Part shown: positions 40,925 to 51,076 of the stretch, in pieces
How the letters are laid out: the number at the start of each line of letters is the position of its first letter
How positions within the stretch are numbered: the first letter of the stretch is position 1
NCBI GenBank assembly: GCA_965217865.1
Contig: CBDCJO010000002.1
Location: 3,072,001 to 3,136,000, forward strand
Direction: 5' to 3'
Length of the DNA stretch: 64,000 bases
DNA from: Candidatus Latescibacterota bacterium
GTDB taxonomy: Bacteria; Latescibacterota; UBA2968; SICM01
The notes under the pieces: generated by a model
What the model saw: only the letters and a program-made list of their open reading frames with translations
The model's database searches: none
What the model was told of the DNA's origin: nothing
Program-made: the position numbers and the translations under genes

Positions 40925-41220
40925 AGCAGGGGTTTTGGGGGTCAGGGGCCAGAGGAAATTGAAGATTGAAAATTGAAGAATGAATATTGAAGACTGTTGA
41001 AGCGAGATCAATAAGACGAAAAGAAAGTCCTTGGTTGTTCCAATATTCAATTTCTCGATATTCAATATTCAATGAGTAGTGGCAGTAGCAGGAAAACCGT
41101 GAAACGTCAGACGTGAGACGGGAAAAGCAAGTGGCAGTAGCAGGGGGCAAGAAAGTCAAAGGCAGGGGTCGGGAAGAGCCAGGGTCGGAGGTCAGGAACA
41201 ATTGAAGATAGACAATTGGG
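40925..41220 (+). repeat. Modular short-tandem-repeat spacer with an inverted TTGAA/TTCAA array
   Basis: (ATTGAA[GA])n followed by (TATTCAA)n, then GCAGTR, ACGTGAG and AGGGTC modules. Confidence 0.85.
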
Positions 41221-41252
41221 TGGGGAGTCCGCCTGCGGCGGACTTTGTATAC

Positions 41253-41277
41253 GTAGCGCGGGAATTCATTCCCGCGC
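41253..41277. repeat. GTAG-type REP palindrome
   Basis: GTAG-CGCGGGAAT-TC-ATTCCCGCG. Confidence 0.6.
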
Positions 41278-41520
41278 GGATAGTGCATATAACTCTCGCT
41301 AGCAGGAGAAGGGGACGATGACATTCATTTTCTGTATATTAAGAATCTCACTTTCCCCTTCATTAACCTATTAGATCATTTCGAAATTCCCCTGGAGGAA
41401 TTTTCAAAGTGAAAATGCAAAATGGAATATGCAAATTTTGCGATGCGAAGCCCGCGATAGGGTTGGGGGATGGAAGCCGAGGGGAAAAATAATAAAGGAG
41501 AAGGACGAAAGGAGGGGCCC

Positions 41521-41901
41521 GTGTTTATCACGCTATTAGGGGTGACGTTCCTGATCGCATTCGTCGTTTCTTATATCCTGGTCAGGATTTTCGCCGTGCC
41601 GTTAGATGCCATCCTGACCCGGATCATTTCGGACGAGATCAGCTCGGCCTGGTTACGGTATCTTAAGTTCGCGATGTATGTCGTCGGCATCTCCAAAGGG
41701 GTAAGGGTACACGAATTAGAGCGGTATATCACCCCGACGGCAAGGCGATTCGAGCAGACCGGGATTATCGAGTTGACCCGTGACCGCTGGATCCTTGAGG
41801 TCTACCGAACCGTCATCGAAACGCTTCAAGGTATCGCCTGGTTGCTGCGTACCCATGCTGCTCATAGAATCGATACGTACGCCGCCAGTCCACGTTATTA
41901 G
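41521..41901 (+). CDS. Hypothetical membrane protein, possibly 3'-truncated
   Basis: GGAGG RBS before GTG; TM segments; sequence character changes after LQGIAWLL at the junction to low-GC DNA. Confidence 0.6.
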   Translation: MFITLLGVTFLIAFVVSYILVRIFAVPLDAILTRIISDEISSAWLRYLKFAMYVVGISKGVRVHELERYITPTARRFEQTGIIELTRDRWILEVYRTVIETLQGIAWLLRTHAAHRIDTYAASPRY

Positions 41902-42093
41902 ATCCTACCATTGAGCGGTTGATCCCTTCCGACTCTGACCTTGAGAGCCAGTTCGTCCTTTACGTTGGTAAGAGATCCTCGTCTTCGTGGTTAAATCTGA
42001 ACTCTATTTCCTTCAGGGATAAATGGAACTGATGTCGAGGGATTCCTCTGTATTGACATACCAATTTTTAGAGGCCGGTTGAGCATGTCATTG

Positions 42094-42828
42094 TTAAGTC
42101 AACAATCCAAAGATCGATTTGATGCGCAACAACCATACTGTCCAAATGGCTTCACCCATGATTCTTTTTGACATCTTTGAATCACCTGCTGTGCGATCAT
42201 AAAATATGATAGGAATTTCTTTTATCCTGAATCCCTTCTTCCATATTCGCATTGTAACTTCAATCTGAAATGCATAGCCAGATGCATGAAGACTTTCAAG
42301 ATCAATAGCCACCAAGGCCTCTCGGCGAAAGCACTTAAATCCACCTGTGGCATCTCTCACCGGCATTCCAGTTACCAACCGAGCATATACATTGGCATAG
42401 TAGGACAGTAAAAGCCTCGTTATTGGCCAGTTAATAACATTTACCCCCGTTATGTACCTTGAACCCAGCACCAAGTCGTGGTTTTCTATTTCCCTCAAAT
42501 GGTCTTCCAAATATTGGGGTCGATGAGAAAAGTCAGCATCCATCTCAAAAATGTAATTGAATTTCCTTTCAATTGCCCATTTGAACCCTGCAATATAAGC
42601 TCTTCCGATCCCTTCTTTTTTTTCCCGGTGTAATACGTAAACTTTGTCGTACAACTTGGCTAGGTTCTCAGCAATCTCGCCCGTTCCATCAGGGGAATTG
42701 TCATCCACAATTAGGATACTAATGCGCAGGTCCACTGGCAAAATTGCTTGGACTATCCGTTCAACGTTTTCTCGTTCATTATAAGTTGGGATTATTACTA
42801 AGGCCCTTTTTGTCTTCCTCTTAGACAT
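42094..42828 (-). CDS. Polyprenol monophosphomannose synthase (GT2)
   Basis: IIPTYNERENV, VDDNSPDGTG, MDADFSHRP, DATGGFKC, GYAFQIE; AT-rich. Confidence 0.92.
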   Translation of the reverse strand: MSKRKTKRALVIIPTYNERENVERIVQAILPVDLRISILIVDDNSPDGTGEIAENLAKLYDKVYVLHREKKEGIGRAYIAGFKWAIERKFNYIFEMDADFSHRPQYLEDHLREIENHDLVLGSRYITGVNVINWPITRLLLSYYANVYARLVTGMPVRDATGGFKCFRREALVAIDLESLHASGYAFQIEVTMRIWKKGFRIKEIPIIFYDRTAGDSKMSKRIMGEAIWTVWLLRIKSIFGLLT

Positions 42829-43393
42829 TCTCAAACCTTTCAACAAAAAAGTGTATCCTTTTACCTTGATGATTGTGTTGAGAGAATAAAGAAGATAATA
42901 ATGGGTTTTCGTGCGCCTGTAGCAGAAGCGCTGGTTGTGGGATTCTAATGCTGCCCCAAACCTACAAAGCAGGTTTGGGGTGGTCCGAATGGCAAGAGCC
43001 TGTATCCTTGTGTTGCGGAGCTAACTTTTCGGCAGTATATGATTAGATTTTGGGGAGGCTAGTTTTGTGCGCTCGGCTTTTGGCACTTCCAAGTTACTAT
43101 ACCCCACATCTATTTTAGATTTAAAACCCGGTCCCACTTAGGCTTTGGAATAGTTGTATGTACTTTTGTGTTATTAATTCAGTCGAATATGATAGCATCC
43201 CCCGCTTTGCATTAATGGAACAATCCTTCCAGCGGGAGAGGGAGGGTTGCTTGATGAAATCATCGGTGGCGGCGCGGGGTTGTGAACGCGCAGCAGTTCA
43301 AGATATGCGCCTGGGCATGGAACCCCGAACTCCAGTGGGGGCTCGGCTGTCGCCCCCAATTTGCCGTCTGTCCGTGTGGGACTATGGCGTGAG

Positions 43394-43543
43394 ACAGTGG
43401 CGACCGCCTCCGACCTTTCAAGTCCTTCTCCGGGAAACAGATCGCCAGGTTTTGAGGGCGCAGGGTGGCTCATGGCGATTGAGGGATGACAACTTGTGGA
43501 ATTTGATTCCGTTGGGAGATTTCTGGCGTGGGTCAGTGGCGAG
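43394..43543. repeat. 150-bp direct repeat, copy 1
   Basis: One visible mismatch to 45504-45653; CAGTGGCGA at both ends. Confidence 0.9.
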
Positions 43544-44127
43544 CTCGAGACAGCGTTGAGGGCACAGATCCGGCCCGTGTGCGACTTTCTTTCTGAATCC
43601 GGGAAAAAGGGGGACGCGACCTCCACAAAACGGGCGGCACGGCACAGACGGCACGTGGGCGAAGTGAGAAGGTCCCGGTCCCGTGGATTTGCGGCCCGGG
43701 ACCTCACTCGTGATCGGGGTCGAGCATCTCGAGAGCCCGAGCTTCGGCTTCCTCGCGAGTCATTCCACCCTCATGCTCCATGATCCCCGCGCGTTCATCG
43801 AACGCCTTGATGTCATCCTCCGTAGATGTCGCCGCAGTGTTGGGGGGATCAAAGCGTGACATCGTACCATCCATGTCACGCTTTGAAGGGAGAGATATGT
43901 GCGCGTTCGGCTTGGAAACATCGTCCGAGTCGTCCTCCAGGTAGCTATCCCATGCAGAGAAGAACGCTTCCCACAGGTAGCCCTTTCCCCTTGCCGGCCC
44001 ATCCAGACCACGCAGATATTGATATGACCCAGGGAGTCCGAGAGCAATCCGCCGATGGCGGTTCGGTCTAGGCGCGTTCGTGGCGCCTAGCCGATCCTGG
44101 CGGCGAATTTCGGAAAGCCAGGGAAGC

Positions 44128-44583
44128 TCATCCGCCTTCGAGCTTGTCGCTCTGTTCCCTCAGTGAGTCGAGCGCTTTCAAGTCACACATAGACGCAACC
44201 CGCACTGGTATGCCGAGAACAAACCCTTTTCTTGAGCGGGAGAAGGCTTTGCGGAAATTAAAGCGTTTAGCAGATGGAGCAAGGATCTCCGCGTTCCCCT
44301 CGTGGAATAAACGCATATACTTGCCCCCCTCAACCAGTTCGCGCTCTTTCTCGTCGGTCAGCTTTGCCAGATCGGCAGCATTCTCCACAGCCCGCAGAGC
44401 AGACAGCACTTTTCCTGCGTTCTCTGGCGTGGGATTAATCATCAGGTCTATATCGTTCACACGCGGCTGACGACAATAATGCGACTTGGCCATGCTTCCG
44501 ATGAGCAAGTACTGCACGCCTTGGTTGTTAAAGGCTCTCAGCAGGTCGGCACAGTTGTCGGTCCAAAGCTCCGGAAACTGCAC
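44128..44583 (-). CDS. Minimal nucleotidyltransferase-like protein
   Basis: VQYLLIGSMA...PRVNDIDLMI (hG[GS]...DhD), IPVRVAS..DLKAL. Confidence 0.75.
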   Translation of the reverse strand: MQFPELWTDNCADLLRAFNNQGVQYLLIGSMAKSHYCRQPRVNDIDLMINPTPENAGKVLSALRAVENAADLAKLTDEKERELVEGGKYMRLFHEGNAEILAPSAKRFNFRKAFSRSRKGFVLGIPVRVASMCDLKALDSLREQSDKLEGG

Positions 44584-45503
44584 AGAAGGCCTATTCGACC
44601 AGCCGCAGCGGCGGGACTTGCGGCTTTGATATGCCCCGGGGAAAGTGGACAGTGGTTTAAGCCGCTTTCTGCAGCGATAGCCGTTACGGAGACTTTAAGG
44701 GATGGACCGGCAAGGGGAAAGGGCTACCGGTGGAAGGGGTTCTTCTCTGCATGGGAAAGCTACCTGGAGGGCGGCCCGGGCGATGTTCCCAGGCCGAACG
44801 CGCGCATGTCCCCCCCTTCAAGCCGTGAGACCGTGACATATGTTGAAAAACAAGGAGTTGTGCGGCGTTCCAACCCGTGACATGGATGGTACGGTGTCAC
44901 GGGTTGAAACACCCCCCAAGAGCGACTCCTGCGTAAAGAACACTTGTGACGAAGACCAAGAGGCGTTCGAGGAACACGCGGCGATCATGCAATATGATGG
45001 CGGAATGACTCGTGAGGAAGCCGAAGCTTGGGCATGCGAGGATGTTCGACCACGACCTAAAGGAGATCGAAAATGAGGCGTTCGAAGGAAGCCGAAACTC
45101 AAGCTCGTGAGGCGAAGATGCTTGATGATCTCCTGAAGGACCTCCTCATCCTGCCGGAACTCCCTGAACTCCCCCCATTCGTGTGACTGTCGCACTCCAC
45201 TGTTGCAACTCCACTGTCCCGCTCCACTATCCCATATACCCCCCCACGGTCGCTTTTCTGAAGGTTCCGCACATTTGCCCGGATTCCTGAATAAAGTCGC
45301 ACACGGGGAGAATCCGATGCCCTGTGGGCGATTCCGGGGCAAGAGGGCCATCTCGTTTAAGGATCCCAGCCCATGAGGGGTCGCGGCTCCGCCGGCGGAA
45401 ACCACATGGGGCCTCCTTCCAAGAAAAAGTGGAGGCAAAAACGTTGCGCGGGGCTATCCGGTCGGCGGATTCGGAAACTCCGGCCCTGGACGAGGGGTCG
45501 ATT

Positions 45504-45653
45504 ACAGTGGCGACCGCCTCCGACCTTTCAAGTCCTTCTCCGGGAAACAGATCGCCAGGTTTTGAGGGCGCAAGGTGGCTCATGGCGATTGAGGGATGAC
45601 AACTTGTGGAATTTGATTCCGTTGGGAGATTTCTGGCGTGGGTCAGTGGCGAG
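45504..45653. repeat. 150-bp direct repeat, copy 2
   Basis: Matches 43394-43543; abuts a truncated GATase gene. Confidence 0.9.
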
Positions 45654-46201
45654 ACATCAACGAGAACAACCACCCGATCCGGGCAGGCGACATCCTCGGC
45701 GCCCACAACGGCACGATCTACAACGCCAACACCCTGTTCCGGCGGTTCAAGCTTCACCGCTTCGCCGAGGTGGACAGCGAGCTGCTCTTCCGGCTTGCCG
45801 CCCGGGCCGGGCGAAACGGCCGGATCGACGTGGAGCGCTTCAAGGGCCGCCTCAAGCTCTGCTGCGGGCAGATGGCGGCGGTGATGGCATCCCGGCTCGA
45901 TCCGGAGACCATCCTCGTGCTCAAGGGGAACAAGCCGCACGAGCTTCCGCATCCACCGTCGGCACCGGGCTGTCCTCTATGCCTCCGATCCGGCGTATCT
46001 GGACGCGGTCCTGGACGAAGAACGGGGCTGGCGCGAGCTGCCCGTCCCCGCCATGAGCCTGTATGGTGTTCCGGCACCGGGATCTGATGAGATTGCTCGA
46101 TGGAGCCGTTCGAGTTCGTCGCGCAGGCGAGGCGACGGAAGAAGCCTGCCTCGGTGGAGGTAATCGATGACTGGGAGAGCACGGTCCACACGACCGAGTG
46201 A
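45654..46201 (+). pseudogene. Class II glutamine amidotransferase-like fragment, frameshifted
   Basis: NNHPIRAG...HNGTIYN...EVDSELLFRL, KGNKP; 5' end missing. Confidence 0.75.
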
Positions 46202-46220
46202 ACCCCCGAAGGAGAACACA

Positions 46221-46685
46221 TTGGAGCTGCTGACTCTCTTCGTCTACGGCACGCTCAAGAGCGGATACTGGAACCACGACCCCTTCTGCGAGGGCGCGCT
46301 GGAGATCCGGGAGGCGCGGATCCGCGGCCGGCTCTACGAGGGGCCCGGCTTCCCGGTCCTCGAAGGTCCCGGACGAGGATGTCCTCGCCCAAGGGACCGT
46401 CGACCCGTTGGCCGACATCGCTGCACAGGCGCGCCTTTCCGGTCGGGTGGAACAACCCCCCTCCCGACCAGTCCCCGAAAGCGCCACAGCGGGCGCCTGG
46501 GGCACCGTGTACGGGAAGCTGCCCACCTTCGACGACCCTGATACCCGCATTGCCCGCCATCGACCGCCCTTCCGCCCGGGCGGTTCCAGCCTCTACCCGG
46601 CGCCTGCGAGCTCGTCTAGGTCTATACGGCCGAGGCGACCGGCATCAAGCGACACCGGATCGTGTCCGGCTGCTGGCCAGAGTAG
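46221..46685 (+). pseudogene. Gamma-glutamylcyclotransferase family, frameshifted
   Basis: LFVYGTLKSG...NH...GRLY..PGFP. Confidence 0.75.
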
Positions 46686-46899
46686 CGATGCGCCCAAGTG
46701 CAGTTTGCTGCCACCTCGCAGCACCAGTAATAGACTGGCTCTCCAGGTTTCACCTGAACGACCGCCTATAAGCTCGCAAACGTTGAGAATTGCAACTCTC
46801 CGTCGGCACTTCGAGCTTCCCCTCCACGTCCAGAACCCGAAAACACATTGACGAGGGACATCAAGTTTCTTAGGTTTCTTGACGCAGGATCGGTCGAAG

Positions 46900-47115
46900 A
46901 TGGAAACTGAGGAGGGCTGGGTCGGAATCGCCGAGGTCACCGCGCATCTACAGGTGACCAAGGAATCCATCTACCGTTGGGTCGACGCGAAGGAATCTCC
47001 AACTCGCCGGGTGGGACGCTTGCTGCGATTCAGGCTCTCGGAAGTGGACGAGTGGGTGAAGGCCGGAGGAAGTGATCCCGAAGGTAGCCCATCGAGCAAT
47101 TCGGCGGAGAGCTAG
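46900..47115 (+). CDS. Excisionase-like HTH DNA-binding protein
   Basis: WVGIAEVTAHLQVTKESIYRW...VGRLLRFRLSEVDEWV. Confidence 0.85.
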   Translation: METEEGWVGIAEVTAHLQVTKESIYRWVDAKESPTRRVGRLLRFRLSEVDEWVKAGGSDPEGSPSSNSAES

Positions 47116-47173
47116 ACCAATTAAGAACGCATGAGAACAGGAAATGTCTGATGAGTGCTGAAACTGAGCGCGC

Positions 47174-47482
47174 TTGCAAACGTTACTCGCGAAATGGGAA
47201 CCGAAGATCGGCGTCGGTGTGCCCGAGGTTCGTATCAGAAAGATGAAAACCCGTTGGGGGACGTGCAACAGTGACGCCGGAAGAATCTGGTTGAATCTTG
47301 AACTGGTGAAGAAGCAGGCATCCTGCATTGAGTACATCGTAGTGCACGAGATGTTTCACTTGATTGAACGCCATCACAATGAGCGGTTTTGGGATCTGAT
47401 GGACCGGCACATGCCGCGGTGGCGCTTGCATAGGGACGAACTCAACCGTGCACCGCTCGCACACGAAGGCTGGAAATACTGA
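47174..47482 (+). pseudogene. YgjP/DUF45 (M48-like) metallohydrolase, C-terminal fragment
   Basis: MKTRWGTCN, IEYIVVHEMFHLIERHHN. Confidence 0.82.
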
Positions 47483-48619
47483 ATGCAATCGTCCACTACC
47501 AGTTGGGACCGCGAGCTAACTAACAGCGACTTCCCGGTCCCTACACAAGATTATAATACTGGGTTCACCATATCTGCAAACGGCAATAAGAGGCAATGGT
47601 GGTCTGGTAACATGCCGCCGCCAAACAGTCCCCGCCAAAACTCGATCAGATGGACCCGTTCAGTTGCCGAACAGGCGTTTGACTGTAAACGTCAGTCCAG
47701 TAACGACGAGCCGGTGAACGTACACGCCTGAACAGACCGGGTTTATATTTAGGCAAAACATACCTGAATGTCAATTGGATACTACGGTGCCGCCTGAATA
47801 CGACCGGATCGAAGACCTCCAGATCTCGGTTCTCTGAGAGCGGTCAGCCGCTGCTGCTCCCGGGGTGCGAATCTGCTCCTGCAGGTATCCGCTAGCTGAT
47901 CGGTTGCAGCCTATTCATGCGCAACCTTCTGCAGCCTGGATTGAAGGTGCTTGAGCGCTGCCCCGGACGCAACCGGGCTGTTAAACAAGGCCGACGGGAA
48001 AAACAGAGAATCAGAGAGGAGTATGGAATTGCGACCTCTGAAGAGGTGGATGTGAAGACGTTGCCGGAGCGGCTTCGGAAAGAAGTCGTTGCGGCGAAAT
48101 CTCCGATTTTATTGCCGATGAATGTAACCGCCTGGACACGGCTGACGATGGACAGCGCATGACCTATGACACGGGATGTTCCATGACGCCGACTGCTTCC
48201 GGATTCTCGGACGCATGAGGCCAGGTTTCTCCAGTTTGTTTCCATTTCCGAATCTCGAAGTATTTACAGTCAAAAGTGTCAGCATCGTATGGGAGCATGG
48301 ATGCGTTAGGGAAGCGCTCACTACCCATTTTCAAACCATGGGGGAGGCCCGGATGATCAACGAGTCATAAAGCTGTGTGCTACGCAATAAAGTCGCCGTA
48401 CAAGGCGTCTCAACGGATGGAGGCCGCCGAACGTAGGCGTCACAATGGGATTGGAAAGTCTCAACTCTCCTTGTTCCCCTGACCTTCCGGTTATCCTTCC
48501 GTATAGTGGATTTGACCTGGTTTGGTGGATACCTTATCTTTGCAGAAAGGAGGCTTCATGGGTTGCAGCGACGGGCAGGGCCTCGAATGGATTGACAGAA
48601 GACGCATGATGGGAGAATA

Positions 48620-49075
48620 ATGAAAGGGGGCAGAGACTTTATGGATATGCTCAGGCGAATCATCGGCGCAGCGCTCATCGTCATTGCAGCTGTGGTCGCA
48701 GTCCACACGATCGTTGAGCCGCTGTATCATGCTTCCAGCGAAGCCAGTCCGCATAGCCCGATTTGGAGCATCATTGACCCGTTCATGGCGCTGGCGGTCG
48801 TGCTGGGCACGATATTCGGCTACATCCGCAAAAGAGGCGTTGACCGCGAAGGCGGCGGCGCGCCGGTTACCCGCGAGTTTTTGGCAGCCAACACGCTGTT
48901 CTACGGTTTCCTGTTCGTTGGCATCCTGTTCTTCCGGAACTGGTTCAACTTCCGGAGTCCGGCTTTTACCGCAATGGGGACGGATACGATCTCCCTGGTG
49001 TGGGGATTCATAGACGGTGCGCTGCCGCTGCTTTCGGGAGCGATGGGCCTGTCCCTGCTGAGGGGCGACAGGTAA
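48620..49075 (+). CDS. Four-TM hypothetical membrane protein
   Basis: Four hydrophobic helices; TTGACA promoter-like element just upstream. Confidence 0.75.
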   Translation: MKGGRDFMDMLRRIIGAALIVIAAVVAVHTIVEPLYHASSEASPHSPIWSIIDPFMALAVVLGTIFGYIRKRGVDREGGGAPVTREFLAANTLFYGFLFVGILFFRNWFNFRSPAFTAMGTDTISLVWGFIDGALPLLSGAMGLSLLRGDR

Positions 49076-49417
49076 GCCGCCTTGCAGGTCAACGACACCT
49101 TCAGCGCGCCATCCTCGCGCGACTCGGCAGGAAGAAATAGCTAACGGTTTTGGTAAACGTCACACTTTCGAGTTCAAGCCTGCCGGAAGGCGGTAGGCCT
49201 GCCGCCGGGTAAGGCCGGTACCCTTCTTGGCGAGCGAGAAAGCCGGCGGCGCGGAGATCGCAGACAATCTCGCCCTTCTGGAACAACGGACCGCCCGAGG
49301 CGCCCTCGGCCTGAGCGCGTATGGACGGTTGTTTCCATAATGTGGTCGGACTTCCGGTGGAAAGGTTGTGTGCGATGCTCAAACAGATGGATTGCAACAT
49401 ATGGGAGATGAGGAGAG

Positions 49418-50353
49418 ATGGGGCCCTTGCACGAAGAGATGCGTGAACGTCGGGAGCGGGCAGGTTTGACGCTTCAAGCGATTCACGTGGCCACCCGAAT
49501 CAGCACCGACTTCCTGAACGCAATCGAAGAGGGCAACTTCGAGTTCCTCCCAAAGCCCTACATCAGGCTGTTCCTCCGGACCTATGCGAACAAGGTCGGT
49601 ATGGATCCCCAGTATGTACTCGACCGTTACGAGGATATCGGTCGACCGAACGAAGAGGGGAGGTTGACCACCTTATTACCGGATCGACCCCTTTCCTGGG
49701 GGGTTACCGTGGGTATGGCTGTTGGGTTTCTGCTGCTGGGATTCGCGGGGGCTTCTTTGTTCAAAAGGGCCGCGGAGGATGTCCCCCCGGCGGTTTCTCT
49801 AGGTCCAACCCAAGTCGTCCCGGACAGCGGGGTCGGTGGGACCGATCCAGAGGGTATCGGGGGGACGGGGGCCGAATTCACCCCGAAGCCGTCGACCGAG
49901 GAGGTTCCGCACGGTATCTCCTGGACCGAAAGGGATTCGTTCATGGCCCTCCACGCCGTCTGTGTCGAGCTGACCTGGTTGGATATCCTTGCGGATGACC
50001 GCCACGTATTTCGGGGTTTCATGGAGCCGGGAGATGAACGGATCTGGCAAGCTCGGGGAAGGTTTTCGGTCGTGTCGGGTCGGCCCCGGGGTGTGGTGTT
50101 TTCGTTGCAGGAGCACCCCCTCTCTTGGGTGAGACCTGGGGTCTCGGGTGTCCTCCGGATCACGGTCACACGGACCGGGGTCAAGAGGGAGAAACCTCCT
50201 CCGGCTCCCCTGAGCGACTCACTCTCCAGCCCATCGATGTTTTCGGAACCCCGGATCGGAGGGAGAGGATCCCAGGAGCCGGATCTCGCTCCAGACGACA
50301 GCGTCTCGGAAAGAGGCGTTTCGGATCCTTCCACGATTCAAGGGAACCGATAA
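49418..50353 (+). CDS. rodZ: RodZ-like protein (HTH + TM + DUF4115)
   Basis: RISTDFLNAIEEGNFEFLPKPYIRLFLRTYA; TM helix; TWLDILADD..VFRGFMEPG. Confidence 0.85.
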   Translation: MGPLHEEMRERRERAGLTLQAIHVATRISTDFLNAIEEGNFEFLPKPYIRLFLRTYANKVGMDPQYVLDRYEDIGRPNEEGRLTTLLPDRPLSWGVTVGMAVGFLLLGFAGASLFKRAAEDVPPAVSLGPTQVVPDSGVGGTDPEGIGGTGAEFTPKPSTEEVPHGISWTERDSFMALHAVCVELTWLDILADDRHVFRGFMEPGDERIWQARGRFSVVSGRPRGVVFSLQEHPLSWVRPGVSGVLRITVTRTGVKREKPPPAPLSDSLSSPSMFSEPRIGGRGSQEPDLAPDDSVSERGVSDPSTIQGNR

Positions 50354-50398
50354 TCTCAAGTCATACCTTAGCTTTCCTTTTTCAGTCGTCGGATGTCA

Positions 50399-50475
50399 AT
50401 GGGGTGTTCTCACGCTGAAGTCGCCCTCCCGATTCCCCGCTCCTCGATCTATGTCTACCGGATTCCAGATGGCCC
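50399..50475 (+). pseudogene. Possible priA 5' stub
   Basis: HAEVALPIPRSSIYVYRIPD resembles the PriA N-terminus; remainder absent. Confidence 0.45.
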
Positions 50476-50584
50476 GATCCGAAGGAGGTCGGCCCGTTGC
50501 TGCGCGTCCTGGACGGCTACCGGGGCACACTGCCGATACGGGCGGCCCTGCTGCCTGGCTCCGTTGGTCTTCGTGCGGCCCCTG

Positions 50585-50725
50585 GACATCCGCCCGGAGC
50601 AGATGACGGTCCATGGCTTTCGGGCCATGGCGCGAAAGCTGCTGGATGAGGTGTTGGGTTTCCGGCCCGACTTCATCGAGTACCAGTTGGCCCACGCGGT
50701 GCGCGGTCCCAACGGACGGGCGGTT
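50585..50725 (+). pseudogene. P4-like integrase C-terminal fragment
   Basis: TVHGFRAMARKLLDEVLG...IEYQLAHAV...NGRA. Confidence 0.8.
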
Positions 50726-50744
50726 GCGCCTCGACTTGGCGTCG

Positions 50745-50836
50745 AGGCCTGGGCCACGAATACAATCAAAAGAACCGAGCCGTCAACTGGAAGTTCACCA
50801 CCGACGATGCACGGATCAAGCTAAGAAAGCTGTATC
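50745..50836 (+). pseudogene. IS630-family transposase 3' fragment
   Basis: Alternative frame VNWKFTTDDARIKLRKLY. Confidence 0.7.
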
Positions 50837-51076
50837 GGGCAGCGTGCCCGTGCCGCAGGCGGGGTCGATGATCTTGAGTCCCGCGAGTACGTTCGCGTCA
50901 GCCAGTCAATTATCAATATATATATTTTGTGATAACGGGACAAGGGACCTTTTTGAGCCTTGCACTGAGAATTCGATCAGGCACCCTTCTTAACTAACCC
51001 GTGGTCGCACATCCGTCCGCTCCTCTCCCCGAAAGCCAAGTATCAATCTACCCCGAGCGCCCCGCGTTCGAGCCAA

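Noticed and set aside
33770-41220. CRISPR array or classical integron
   Set aside because: No constant repeat/spacer periodicity, no intI, cassettes in both orientations, only degenerate attC-like halves
43158-43707. ORFs sharing peptide text with 45227-46056
   Set aside because: Similarity comes only from the 150-bp DNA repeat
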